A DNA stretch of 64,000 nt, from NCBI RefSeq assembly GCF_009914755.1, contig NC_060926.1. One strand, written 5' to 3'. This DNA comes from the human T2T-CHM13v2.0 reference genome, Homo sapiens. The position numbers were made by a program, and so were the translations under genes. Every line of letters starts with the position of its first letter. Position 1 is the first letter of the stretch. This document shows, in pieces, positions 24,891 through 37,150 of this stretch. A model generated the notes under the pieces. The model had not been told where the DNA came from, did no database searches, and saw only the letters and a program-made list of their open reading frames with translations.

Positions 24891-27139
24891 TGGCGAGGCT
24901 TCCTTGGGTTAGGGCCCATTTTAGCCCAAGGAAGGAGGGGTAAACCTCCAAGGCGGATTCCACAGATGCGCAATGGGGTCGCTAGCTGAGCAGCTCCTGA
25001 GGGGGATGCATCAAACCTGTTCGTGCCTTCAGCCCCTCTGCCTCTTCTCACAGGTCGCCTTGGCCCAGGTAGAGGCAGCTGTCTTGGTCAGAGTGTGTGT
25101 CCGTGCACCCATGAACACCCTCCTGGTCTCCCCTGTGTGCAGGAGGAGCCTCCATCCATTCAGCAATGACTGGCTGCCTCAAGAGCCAGAGTCTGGCAGT
25201 GAACAGGGAAGGGCCTGGTCACTGGCACCCACGCTCCTGGTCCGGGGTCTTCAGGTTGGGAGTGGCTACCTTCCAACACAGCTGGGAGACTTTGACACTG
25301 GCTGCCCAGCCCCTTGCTTCTTCCCTCTGGCCACGCAGCTTCCCATTCCAGAAGCAGGGCCACAGCCAGCTTCCAGAGCCAGGATTCTGTAGAGTACCCA
25401 TTTCCCAGGCAGCATCTGCCCACCAGGGTCCTGAGTCTGGTGAGAGGGGCCTCCTGGTCAGCCTTCCCCACTCAGAAGCCAGGGATGTTGCCACGAGATG
25501 CCCTTTCCTGGGCGGGTGCCAGCCCCGCCGAGTGGGGGAGGGTGCTGCACAGAGCGGGGCCTGGGATGAATGGGGCTCTGTGTGGGGCAGCCCTGCGGCG
25601 GCAGCAGGGCCCGGCCCCCTCCCCACTCCATGCCTCAAAGGCAAGCGTGGCCTTCCAGTGTCTGCCCGGGATGGAGGAGGCCTTTCCCATGGCCAGTGGC
25701 GGGATAAGAGAGCGCTACATCTGCCGCTTCCTGCCCGAGGCCTCCAGCAACAGGCGCGGTGGGGCTGGGACATGGGTGCTGGCTCTGGAGGCCCAGAGGA
25801 GCCGCTCATGCCCATGGCTGGGTCCGGCTGTCAGGACAGGCCTGTCTTGGTGGCATACAGCCTGGAACCAGGAGGGAGGAGGCTGTCTGCCCCTACAGCA
25901 AGGGCCAAACCCACAGGGCTGGGTCCCCACTGCATGCACTACCCACTTCCACGAGCCCGGGGTGCCGCAGGGAAGGATACCCCAGGAGGCAGGGCCAGGG
26001 GTCCTCATCTACCTCTAGGCAGGAGACAAGGGGACGCCGGGCGCTGTGGGCGCCAGAGTGCAGCTGGTGAGGGGCAGGCAGGCCCGAGGGAGGCCAGTCC
26101 TGCATGTGGGGTTTCTCGAATCCCTTGAAGCTGGCTTTGCTCCTCGGAAGGGGACAGGCCAGCCTCACCGAGCCCTGGCATTGTCCAAGTCCTCCTGTGT
26201 GCCCAGCATGAATCCCTCCTAGAATCCAGAGAGGCTCCTGCTATCCCAGGTGACAGAAACAGAGGCCTGGGGCAGGGCAGGAGCCGCAGGAGCCAGGGCC
26301 CCACCCTGCGGAGTCGCTCTTGGGTCTACCCACCTGCCTGGGACATGCTGCCACCCTTCTTGTTAACCTGCTGTGATTTCTGATTATTAAAACAACTCTG
26401 AACATGGTTTAAAATTCCCTGCTGTTCTCATGGAGCTTCCCCAATCCCCTTATCAAAGCACAAGCCTCCAGGAGTCTCAATTCCCGGTGTCCCAGTCCCT
26501 GTCTGGTTCTCGGGGAGGACTGGCCAGAAGCCACAGTTGGGAGAGACCCGGGAAGCAGTAAGGAAGTTCTACCCCTGCACTTCTCATCCCAGCGTCAGGC
26601 TGTGGACCACCCAGACACAGGGCTTCTGACCCCAGAGGCGGGTTTGCCGGGGGAGCCTCTGCTCCACACCCCCTCGGGCAGGTAGCCTTCCAGGAGCCAC
26701 TTGGTGTTTGCCTGCCAGCCCTGGCTGTTCTCTCTGGCTGGGTTCTGACCCTGGGCCCCGCCCAGGCCCTCAGAGCTTCCATCTGCTCTCACGTCTGTGT
26801 GAGGCCAAGCCCTGGCTAAGCCCCTGTTTCCTCTAGGATCCTAAAGCATCCACTTCACTGAGGGACTCCCAGAGCACTCGGAGAATGTGGAGACCCGGAG
26901 CAGAGTCCTGCACCAAGAAGGCAGCTCCTGTCTGTAGACTGTGCAGCCAAAGCCTCTGGCATCTCGGGAAGAGGGACAGGGCGTGTTTTTTCCCCTTTGG
27001 TGAAGGGTGCTTGGGAGGAAGCACCCAGGGAGTAGGTGCCGCCTTACAAAACCCTTTAGCTAAGTCATGTTTGCAATTTTATTTTCTTTCTTCTGAGGGT
27101 CCTCAAATTTAGCTTGAGACCTCTCAAAATCCAGATCCC

Positions 27140-27221
27140 AGGAAGATCACTTGAGCCCAGGAGTTCAAAACCAACCTGGGTAACATAACAAGACTTCATC
27201 TCTAAAAATTAATTAATTAAC
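27140..27221 (+). mobile_element. FLAM/AluJ left-monomer fragment
   Basis: GATCACTTGAGCCCAGGAGTTCAAAACCAACCTGGGTAACATAACAAGAC. Confidence 0.85.
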
Positions 27222-27574
27222 TACAGCAAGTTTTAGAAGCCAGATCCACCCCTGCCTTTCACAGCCTTCAAGGGATTGCTCCCTTAAGACCTCCCAGATC
27301 ACCAGGACGAAAGAAGAATATTACCCAGGACTCTGAGTGTTGCAGGAAACTGCAAACACACCTGCAACTCACGGAAGCACACGAGAAATATTGACCCCGT
27401 AGCTGAAAATTCCAAAAGGACGTTAAGCTTCAGGCATGGGTTGTACAGGGCTCTTTCTTGACTTCTCAGACATTCTTTCTGCTCTGTTCCTGACTTTGTA
27501 ACAGCTTCATCTTTGGGTTGGCTTCCTGGGGACTTGAGACCAGCCCTCAGGTCTTGACCCCATCCCATCCAAAG

Positions 27575-28185
<611 letters not shown>

Positions 28186-28477
28186 GTCTAAGTCAAGAGA
28201 AGGAGGGTTCCTCTCCTCCAATCATAAACTCGGGCCATGCACTGAAAAGTCCAACCTCAACCACTTAGACTGTGGCTGAGGGAATTATGTGATGTGATTG
28301 GTTTAGGCCTTTGTTGCCCATCCCTGATCCAATCACTGTGTCAAGGATTAAAAGAGTATGCGGAGTGGCCTTCACCAATCAGAGCACACATCTGGAATGG
28401 GAGGTGGGTTGTCCCTGCCCACCTTCCATGATATATAAGATGAGGCAAAGTGTAGAACCCTGAAATGGACTGGGAGG

Positions 28478-30992
28478 TGTGGTAGATTCAAGGTACCTGC
28501 AAATTCTCTGACACTCTTCTTCTTGAGAGTTGGGTCTCAATGCCCTGCCATTGAGTCTGAGCTGGCCTTCATGACCCATCTGATCAACAGAATGAAGCAG
28601 AAGAGATGACCTGGGACTCCCCAGCCTAGGCCATGAGAAGTCTTGCAGCTTCCACCCAGGACACCAAGAACACCCATGCTTGGAGCCCACCAACTTGGCC
28701 AAGAAACCCAGGGGAGTCCGGCCATCCAGGTAATCCCCTGAGGCACCACACATGGGACTGGAGCCGTCTTGCCCACACAGCCCACCTGGGCTTTCAGATG
28801 GCTCCTGGCCTAGCTGCTGCCTGATCACAACCGAATGAGAAGATCCCCAAGACAGAACTTCTGAGCTGAGTCTGAGTCACTCACAGAACCCCCAGAGACA
28901 ATAAATTGTTGCTTTAAGCAACTGAATATTATAGAAGTTGGGACCAGAAGTGGGATGCAGCCATAAGAGCCATGGGGAATGGGCTTTGAACCAGGTGGCA
29001 GATGGAAGTTGAGAGAACCTTGGGGAAGACTTCCAGAGGAAGCTGGGGGGACAAGGAGGAAATTGTGATTACAGGCTAGAAAAACCAAGGATCTTGTTAT
29101 GCAGAAAAGTTTGGCAACACTGACCCCTGTAGTAACGTAGAAAACAGAAAATAAACTTAATGAATTACTTGATTTGATTGAGGACATTTCCAGGAAGAGT
29201 GTTGAATAGTCCAACTAGCTTCTTTTAGCTACATAGTATAAGATAGAGAAGAGCTAAAATCAAAATATTTCATTTACAATAAATTCAGAAAAAAAATTCT
29301 AAATAACAGAATTTGCTGGATTTAGAATTAAGTTTCTTCTTCATTCCCATGCCCTTCAGATGGCAAATGCTCTCAAAATAAAAAATATAATCTTCAGAGT
29401 AAAGAATATCTAATGGGTATGGCTATAAGACCCTGTATTGAGACTTCAGAAGATGTAAGGGTGCGACTCATAGGCTCTCTCAGTAGTTCTAAGAATCTCA
29501 GGGCATGTGAAACAGCTACCTGATGCTCAGTCCAGGAGAGAGAGGCCTGTGTTGGAGAGAACCGTGAGGATAGTTTTTGCCTGATGATGTGAATCCCAAA
29601 AAGATTCACAGGAAGTCCTCCTAGGAAGTACAAAGAGATTTACTCTCCAGAAGCTATGTCCATTTAAGGATACAGTAGGCCTCCTGGTCCACAGAGGAAT
29701 ACGTACCAAGACCTCCAATGGATGCCTGAAACCATGGCTAGTGTAGAACCCAGTTCCTGTGGATCAGAACATGACTCTGCTCAAGTCTTTCACCCACAAA
29801 TTCAATGCCTTTTCCATCTTAACTAAGCACGTATCACACACTGTGGCTGTACCTGTATCATGCAGTGTGAGGTGTGAAAACAAAACTGTACAAATTTCTT
29901 TTTTCTGCTTCACAATATCCCAGATAAGAGATGCTTTTACTGTAGATCTTAGCAACCTTAGCCTACAATATTTTTTTCTTTTCTTATTACGTTGAGAACT
30001 TCCGTCTTCTCCCTTAAAGGAAGCACTTTATGGCTTCTCTTTGGCATGTCAGAATTGCCAGCATCACCACCATGCTGCTTTGGGGCCATTATTAAGTCAA
30101 ATAAGAGTTACTGGAACCCAAGTACTGGGATGCCACGAGAATCCATCTGAAAACCTAGAAGGCTGCTGAGTGACCAATGTTCAGGGAGCATATACAGCGT
30201 GGATCCTCTAGACAAGGGAGTGATTCACATCCCAGGCAGGATGGGGTGGGATGGCTAGAGATTCCACCACACTACCCAGAATGACCTGTGTTAAAACAGG
30301 AAGCATTTATTTCCAGAGTTTTCCATTTAATATTTTCAGACCGTGATGAACTATGGGTAAGAGAAAGTAGGCTGCTCCACTGTGAAAGTGGGATGACTTA
30401 GAGGGTTGGACCAGGAACCCAGCAGGTGGAGCTGAGCACCACAGAATCATTCCTGGGGAACAGCAGGACATGGCCGTAATCAAAGACTCTGGATTTCAGA
30501 ATTGCTATGGACCAGTGACTGCTATGGGCCTCCCACTTCTCTCTTGTTGGCCAGGGTAATTGATCACAGTTTTCCCTTGCCTGTGTCACCGGTGCATGTC
30601 AGGTGCATGAGCCTTCAGACTGAGGGGATCATACTCAAAAAACTACCCCTGAAGGTGATGGCATACCCAAATAGCCTCGTCTGCACCTGGACTTGATTTC
30701 TGTGACAAGATCCTGGACCTGAGAGTCTTTCTGAGCCTACTCTGGCTTGGGAGGCTGCCCGATTTAAGGACCTCAAGCCTAAGCCTGATGCCATAATGGG
30801 ATGAGACTTTGGGCATCTTGGCAGGAAGGGTGAATGGTACTTCATGTGGTAGGAATGTAAATAATTTGTGCCGGGGTGGACTGTGGCAGTTTAAGGATAA
30901 CCAGGAACACTTCAAGACTCCTCCTATCAAGAGACAGGGGCTTAGACCTGTCCCCTTGAATCCAGACTGGCCTTCAGGGATTATTTGACCAC
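28478..30992 (+). mobile_element. MLT1 (F/G/H-like) MaLR element: 5' LTR (28478-28932), internal region, start of 3' LTR (30882-30992)
   Basis: Both LTR starts are homologous (TGTGGTAG...ACTCTTCTTCTTGAGAG...CTGGCCTTCA and TGTGGCAG...ACTCCTCCTATCAAGAG...CTGGCCTTCA); MaLR-internal motifs GGGACCAGAAGTGGGATGC and GGATTTCAGAATTGCTATGGACCAGTGACTGCTATG. Confidence 0.75.
29673..30382 (+). mobile_element. MER44 (C/D; Tigger7 deletion derivative) with a transposase remnant
   Basis: TA|CAGTAG...CCAAGACCTCCAATGGATGCCTGAAACC...AAAGGAAGCACTTTATGGCTTCTCTTTGGCAT; minus-strand ORF 29764-29955 (IVKQKKEIC...CLVKMEKALNLWVKD) resembles a Tigger/CENP-B-type HTH region. Confidence 0.85.
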
Positions 30993-30997
30993 CCACA

Positions 30998-31079
30998 GTT
31001 CTACTTTCTGCCTTCTGATTCTAGGGACCTCAGATAAGTGGAATCACGCAGTGTCTGTCTTTTGGGGACTGGCTGTGTC
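30998..31079 (-). mobile_element. Short L1MB 3' UTR piece (inverted paralog of 34312-34391)
   Basis: 30-nt exact reverse-complement match between 31018-31047 and 34345-34374, with flanking similarity. Confidence 0.8.
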
Positions 31080-31400
31080 AGAATTGGGGTGTGGGCAGGG
31101 CTGGTTCCTCCTGGGGGCTGTGGGGAAGATCTGTCTCTGCCTCTGACAGCTTTGCAGCACCCATTAGCGCTCCTCGCCTTGTGACGCCTCCTCTGGGCTC
31201 TGACTCCTCATCACGCAGCCGCTTCCCGTGTGTCTCCATGTCCCCTTTTCCACTTACACAGTCACCAGTCATTGGATCCAGGGCCCACCCTACACTCAGG
31301 GTGATCTCATCTTAAGATCCTTGCCTTATTATGTCTACAAAGACCCTGTTTCCAGGTAAGGTCCCATTCTAAGGTGCCATGTGGACATGAATTTGGGGTA
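31080..31400 (-). mobile_element. MLT1C-like LTR, truncated
   Basis: GTGGGCAGGGCTGGTTCCTCCTGG...CACCAGTCATTGGATCCAGGGCCCACCC...GATCTCATCTTAAGATCC...CAAAGACCCTGTTTCC. Confidence 0.8.
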
Positions 31401-31477
31401 TACCTCACCTTGCTGTAAGCACCCACCACGCCCCACCCTTCCTTCTTCTATCGACCCTCCCATGTGGGAAGATTGGC

Positions 31478-31592
31478 ACCATCCACCCCACTTTACAGAT
31501 GGAGAAGTCAGGGGCAGGGAGGTGGGGGGGACCTGGCCGGGTCACTCCACAAGCAAGTGACTGAGGCAGGCACAGAGCCCCGGCAGCCAGGC
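31478..31592 (-). mobile_element. MIR fragment
   Basis: CCCCACTTTACAGATGGAGAAGTCAGGGGCAGGGAGG. Confidence 0.65.
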
Positions 31593-31899
31593 CATGCAGT
31601 TCCAGCACTTCCCGGCCTCACGGCCGTTGGCTGGGCTCTGCTGGTGACCCCGAGTGCCGTTTCATGCTGGGCCCAACAGCCTGTGCCACAGCTGGACACC
31701 CCTCGGAGTCCAGGCCCTTGGCCACCACTCGAGTCCAGAGCAGGGCTGGGTGGCCCCTGCTTCTGGACACAGGAAAACGGACTCAGATTCAGACAGCCCT
31801 GGGTCATCTCTGACCCTCTTCTTCACCGCCACCTCCTCCCTCCTGTCTTCCTCCTCTCTGGGCACTCACGAGCTCAAGGAGTATGTGTGGTATACACAT

Positions 31900-32310
31900 G
31901 AGATGTGCACACACACATCACACTGCACAGACCCCACAGGCCCCACACACATGCTGCATACACGCCGTGCAACCCACAGTCCTGAACATGCCCCCACACA
32001 CAGGTCCCAGGTAACCCCCCACAGCCCTGCACATACAGGCTCCCCACACACACAGACCCCACACACACCCTGCACACACACACCCTGCACACACAGGCTC
32101 CCACACACACCCTGCACACACAGACCCCACACACAGACCCCACACACACCCTGCACACACACACCCTGCACACACACACCCTGCACACACAGGCTCCCAC
32201 ACACACCCTGCACACACAGACCCCACACACACCCTGCACACACTCGCCCTGCACACACACACACAGACCCTGCACACACAGGCCCCGTACATGCCCTGCT
32301 TGCACACCCT
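31900..32310. repeat. CA-rich compound tandem repeat
   Basis: ACACACACCCTGC / ACACAGACCCC / ACACAGGCTCCC modules in a higher-order arrangement. Confidence 0.9.
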
Positions 32311-34129
32311 CTCTGCAGCTCCCACAGCACCCCCGCATCCACAGTTTCCCACCCTGGCCTTGACGGGGAGGCTCCCAGCAGAGGGTGTCCATAGGGGCTG
32401 TAGGTAATGGACCCACCTTCTCTCCCGCATTACCTGGGGCTGCCCAAATCTGAGTTCACTTCCCTGCATCCAGAACCAGAGCCCCCGCCGCCAGCCCTAC
32501 CGGGGATTCAGGTGAGTGGCCAAGAGCCTGGCTGGACTTCACGGGGTATCCAGCCGCGGCACAGGCAGTCAGGCCCGCCATGAAGTGGCACTTGGGGCAA
32601 CCCGCAGAGCCCAGCCAAAGAAAGCACGTGTTTCGGTGAGAAGCGAGTGTGGTTGTTCTGCAGGGAAAGAAACCCTCCCGGGCGTGCAGAGCAGATGAGC
32701 TCACTGAACAATTCGGGGGTGATTTCAGCGCTAAACTAACCTGGGCTCTCTCCCACCCTCAGTGCCCCCCATCAGTTAGGAAAACAGGGCAGACAGACGC
32801 CCAAAGGGCTGGAAAGGGGAGACCCCCGCCCCTCGGAGAAAGACTTTGCACAACCAGGAGCCAAAGGGACCAGCCCGGCCCAGGCAGTCACTCTCAGGTC
32901 ATGCTCTGCGGACGAGGACCCTCAGAGGGCATGGGAAGCTCTGGAGGCCAGGAGCAGGGACACTCAGGAAATGAGGTCCGGCCCTGGGACCCCCAGTGGG
33001 TTCAGGTCCCAAGGAAGCTTCCTTCTGGTCTGCAGAGCAGCAAGGGTAGAGAGGCAGTGGAGCAGGGGACAAGTGCTTAGTGACCTCACCATCCCTAAGT
33101 CACCTGATGGGAACGGCCCCAGGAGGGGAACATGCTGAGCCACGGCTTCCCGGACCCCTCAGTTCTGCATCCCAGCCTTTCCCTCCAGACTCTAGCCAAG
33201 CTCACAGCTGTTCAAGGACATGAGGAAAAGGGGTGAACTTGCCTGAACCCCTAAAACCCACAAAGTCGTCAGGAGGCCCCAGCAGGCAGGATCTGCCAAG
33301 GCCCATAGGGCCTCCTGCTCTGGACACTTGACTGGGGCTCCTGGAGCAAGGACTTTTGTGTTCTCCTGTCTGTGTCTTCCTTCCCAGTGACCAGATGGTT
33401 GACAAGATGACTGAGGTGCCCAGGGGGACCTCGGGGAGGCCCCTCCTACTTCAGAGCAGCCGATGCTCAGCACCCACCTGGCCAGCGGCCACATCACTCA
33501 GCAGCCATGGACCAAGATTCCCCGCCCTCTCTGAGCCAGCTCAGTGGTCAGTGTGTGCCAAGGGCTGAATGCAGGATCTCCAGCCTGACCCTTCCATGCA
33601 GAGGGGCCTCCTCCTGCAGGGATTCTAGAACCTTCCCCTGTGGGCACAGCTTACGCCTGCCACCTGCCCAGGATGGAAGAGGCACCAGGGGCCCTGATAG
33701 CCTCCTTCTGGAGCCCGCAGCTCAGGACCCTCCAAGAAGGATCGAGGACCCTGAGGGCAGTGGAGGAGAGGGCTGGACGGATGACCCCAGAGCCTCACCA
33801 CACACAGTCACTGGTCCAGCCATCATGGGACCCAGAGAGGTCACCGGGGATATCCTCATGTGTGGAGAATATGCAAACAGCAAGAGAAAAACATTTTCTC
33901 TCATAAGGGGGCCCTTCCCCCAACACCTGGGAGGCTGCACAGGGAGCAGACGGCTCCCAGCCAGGAGAGTAAGTCCCCGGCTTCCGGCCATGCTGTCTCA
34001 GCTGGCCAGCTGCACAGCCTTCAGAGGGTCACCTGACGGCCACAGCCTGGCTTTGCTCCCTTGTGAAACAGAAACCACAATGCCGGCATCACAGGTTTGC
34101 AGCCAGGGCTACAAAACAGAGTGTGACAC

Positions 34130-34592
34130 CATGTTCACTCACAGCACTACTCAACAGCAAAAGGTGGACACCACCCAAGTGTCCCAAGTGGAAGAACGGA
34201 TCGGGTAACTGTGCCATGTGCATACAGCGGCATATCACCCAGCCCTAAAAAAGGAAGGAAACACTGATGCACGCTACAACATGGATGAACCTTGAGGACA
34301 TCACGCTCGGCGACGCAAACCAGTCCTCAAAGGACAGATACTGTGTGATTCCACTTATCTGAGGTCCCTAGAATTAGAAGGCAGAAAGAACGGTGGGTGC
34401 CAGGGCCGCGGGGAGGGAGTGGATGTTTAATGGGGACAGAGTCTCAAGTTTTGCAGGATGAAAAGGGTCCTGGAGCTGGACGCTGGTGAAGGCTGAAGAA
34501 CGCTGTGAATGTACTGAACGCCATGGAACTGGATTCATAAAAAGGATTGAGATGATATATTTGATACTATGGATGTTTTACCATCATTAAAA
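34130..34592 (+). mobile_element. L1MB (L1MB3-like) 3' end
   Basis: GCTACAACATGGATGAACCTTGAGGACAT...GATTCCACTTATCTGAGG...GTTTAATGGGGACAGAG...GTGAATGTACTGAACGCC. Confidence 0.9.
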
Positions 34593-34606
34593 TATATACA
34601 CTTTCC

Positions 34607-34715
34607 GTGTGTGTGTGCGCGTGTGTGCGCGTGTGTGCGTGTGTGTGCGTGTGCGTTTGCACGTGTGTCCGTGCATGTGTGTGCGAGTGTGTGCGCACGT
34701 GTGTGTGTGTGTGTG
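34607..34715. repeat. (TG)/(CG) alternating purine-pyrimidine tract
   Basis: GTGTGTGCGCGTGTGTGCGCG..., ~108 bp. Confidence 0.95.
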
Positions 34716-35692
34716 AACTTTGCTGTGCACATGCAAATGTTGTACAGATGCAGCTGCTTCATTGAAAGGCCAGGACCCATGGAAAGGGCAGTCAGGAAGT
34801 AACCTTGTGTCCCCGGGCCTCCTGCCCACACCTGCCCTCCAGGGTCTCTTCTCCTTCTGGACAACAGATCAGGCAAAGCCAGGGCCATTCAGGCAGCAGC
34901 GGTTTGCACAAAGTCTCCTTTCCAGATGTCTCAAAGTCTGTCCAGTAGAAATCAGACCTCCCTGGCGCCCAGGAGTGTTTCTCTTCCCCCCGCTGGAGCC
35001 TCATGTCCTCCCCTGGGACCCCGGCTCCCCTGCCATGGGGTGGCCCCTGGTGTCCTCCAACAGTGGCAGGCAGACCTCTTGGGTGGGTTTTTAAGATGGC
35101 CCCAGTCTGGTCACCTCTGGGATGTGTTCTTACCCAAGGGAAAACGCGAACATCTGTGTCCTGCCACTCAGAAGCGCCTTTGGCTCCTAGGAACAGATTC
35201 ATGCCCCGCCTGCCAGCTCAGGCAGGCAGAGATGCCGCAGACTGGGGAGCTACAAAGGCATGGACACGGCGAGAAGCTCTCTCGAAGGACTCCCGGTGAG
35301 CCCACATGTCCCAGTGGGCAACAATTCTTCCAACACACATTTCTTCCTGCCTCTCCTCTAGCCTGCAGGCTGGAGGCGGGTGATGGTGAAAGGAGGGAAG
35401 CCGCCTCTGCCCCCAGCATGTCCTGCGGATACGGGGTCCCTTTTCTCCGAGGGGCTCAGTGTCCACCACACCACCAGCTCTGGGCTTTGGCATAACTTCA
35501 AACATCAAGGGTGGCCAGGATGGGGCAGGAGCCTGGAGTCCCAGAGGGCAGCGGTTTCGGGGCACCCTGGGGCCTGGGACAGTGCCTGCGTGCAGTGGCC
35601 CTGGCTCAGCACTGGCTTATGGGCAGTTTGAGGATCAGGAGTTCACATAGGACTAAGGTACCTTCACCAACCCCACAGCTACAGTCAGAACC

Positions 35693-36167
35693 ATGGCTGG
35701 CAGAATCACAGCCACCATAACCCACAAGGATGTGCACATCTTTGTCCCCAGCCTGTGAATGCATGACCTCATGTGGCAAAAGGCACTTTTCGGACAGGTT
35801 AAGTTGAGGATCTTGGGACAGAAGGTTATCCTGGATTATCTGAGTGGGCCCAATGTCATCAAGGAGTCCTCCCGAGGGGAAGAGAGAGAGACAGGCTGTG
35901 AAGACAATGGACTCAGAGAGAGAGGGTGCTGGGAGAGGCGGCGCGGCTGACGTTGAAGATGGAGGAGGGGCCCTGAGCCAAGGAATGCAGGTGGCTCTAG
36001 AAGCTGGAAAAGGCCAGGACACAGATTCTCCCCTGAGAGGAGCCAGCCCTGCAGACACCTTCATGCCAGGAGTCCTGCCCCCGGAGCTGTAAGAGAGGAC
36101 AACTTGTGCTGTTTCAAGCCCCTCAGGCTGTGGCAATCTGTGGCAACGGCAATGGGGAATGCAGGCA
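35693..36167 (+). mobile_element. MLT1D LTR
   Basis: TGGCAAAAGGCACTTT...TTATCCTGGATTATCTGAGTGGGCCCAATGTCATC...GAGCCAAGGAATGCAGGTGGCTCTAGAAGCTGGAAAAGGC. Confidence 0.88.
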
Positions 36168-36374
36168 GTGGTGCGGATTCGTGCAGGTCACCCAGAGGTG
36201 CAGCGGCACCCAGCAGAAGCCATGCAGACGACTGTCTGTGCAACCCTGCTGCAGAGGGAGCCACACAGTGCCCGGGTGACCGCATCGCACATGAGCACGC
36301 GCAAACAGGGCCAGCCAGCACCAGGTCCAGGCGCATGCTTCCACATCCGAGTGCCAGCGTCCTCACGCGTCCCC

Positions 36375-37150
36375 AGGGCTGACACATTTGTTTTGAATTA
36401 CTCTGGTAAGAAGGTAGGGGCTGTGGCATATTAATAGCAGCTCCCAATTGAGCCCATTTTAGCTAATACAACCACACTGGAAAAAATGAGCTGCAGTAGC
36501 ACAGGGCAGGCTTGCAGTAATCGTCTGACAGGCGTAAACCCCATTTGCCCGTCTGCAGACAGGCCTTGTCATCGCAAGCCACCATTTAGAAGACGTTATG
36601 TCAAGCGCCTCTCATTGACGATCATGTGCAAATGGTTTGCATCTTGTTAAAATCCAATCCTGGTTTGGATTTCTTTCTGCAACGCCCTTGATGAAGACAA
36701 GCTACGTCTGTTTTGTGTCAGCTGCTGTCTCTCTCCTGAAATCCGCTCCTTCTGCACCGAGTAACATTTCCCCCCAGACGCTGGCCGCTCTTTTGTGGGT
36801 TGGGCGCGTGAGGATCCCTGACTGCGCTGGGGAGCCAGCGGTGGGAGCCCGCCCAGACGGGAACAGGGGGCCGCCCCCAAGCAGAAGGCCGTGATCAAAG
36901 GGGCACACGTCTTCCCTGTGGTCTTAGGTGGTGAATTGGCTCTTGGAAGCCCCTGCCACGGAGAAGCCTCTGTTCCTTTGAAGTGTCAAGATGAGACGGC
37001 GCCCGGAGGATTTGTGTCAAAACGTGATCTAAGGAGATGTCACTCCTCGTGTCTCCAGTCAACACGTGGCTTTGTGATGGTTAAATTCAGAAGACCCTTA
37101 TCACAGATAGAAGGCCTGCTTGGGGGGATTAGTAATCAGGCACACTCGGC
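36375..37150. promoter_or_regulatory. Candidate enhancer / conserved non-coding element
   Basis: Unique, less GC-rich sequence with 8 TGACA/TGTCA motifs in 36380-37042 and two short inverted repeats. Confidence 0.35.

Noticed and set aside
25166-26128. 320-aa and 234-aa overlapping ORFs
   Set aside because: GC-rich sequence open in several frames on both strands, low-complexity G/P/A/R composition, no recognisable domain
31654-32469. Cys/His/Thr-rich ORFs resembling keratin-associated or metallothionein proteins
   Set aside because: Translations of the CA/TG repeat; the same applies to 52220-52994 and 34535-34888
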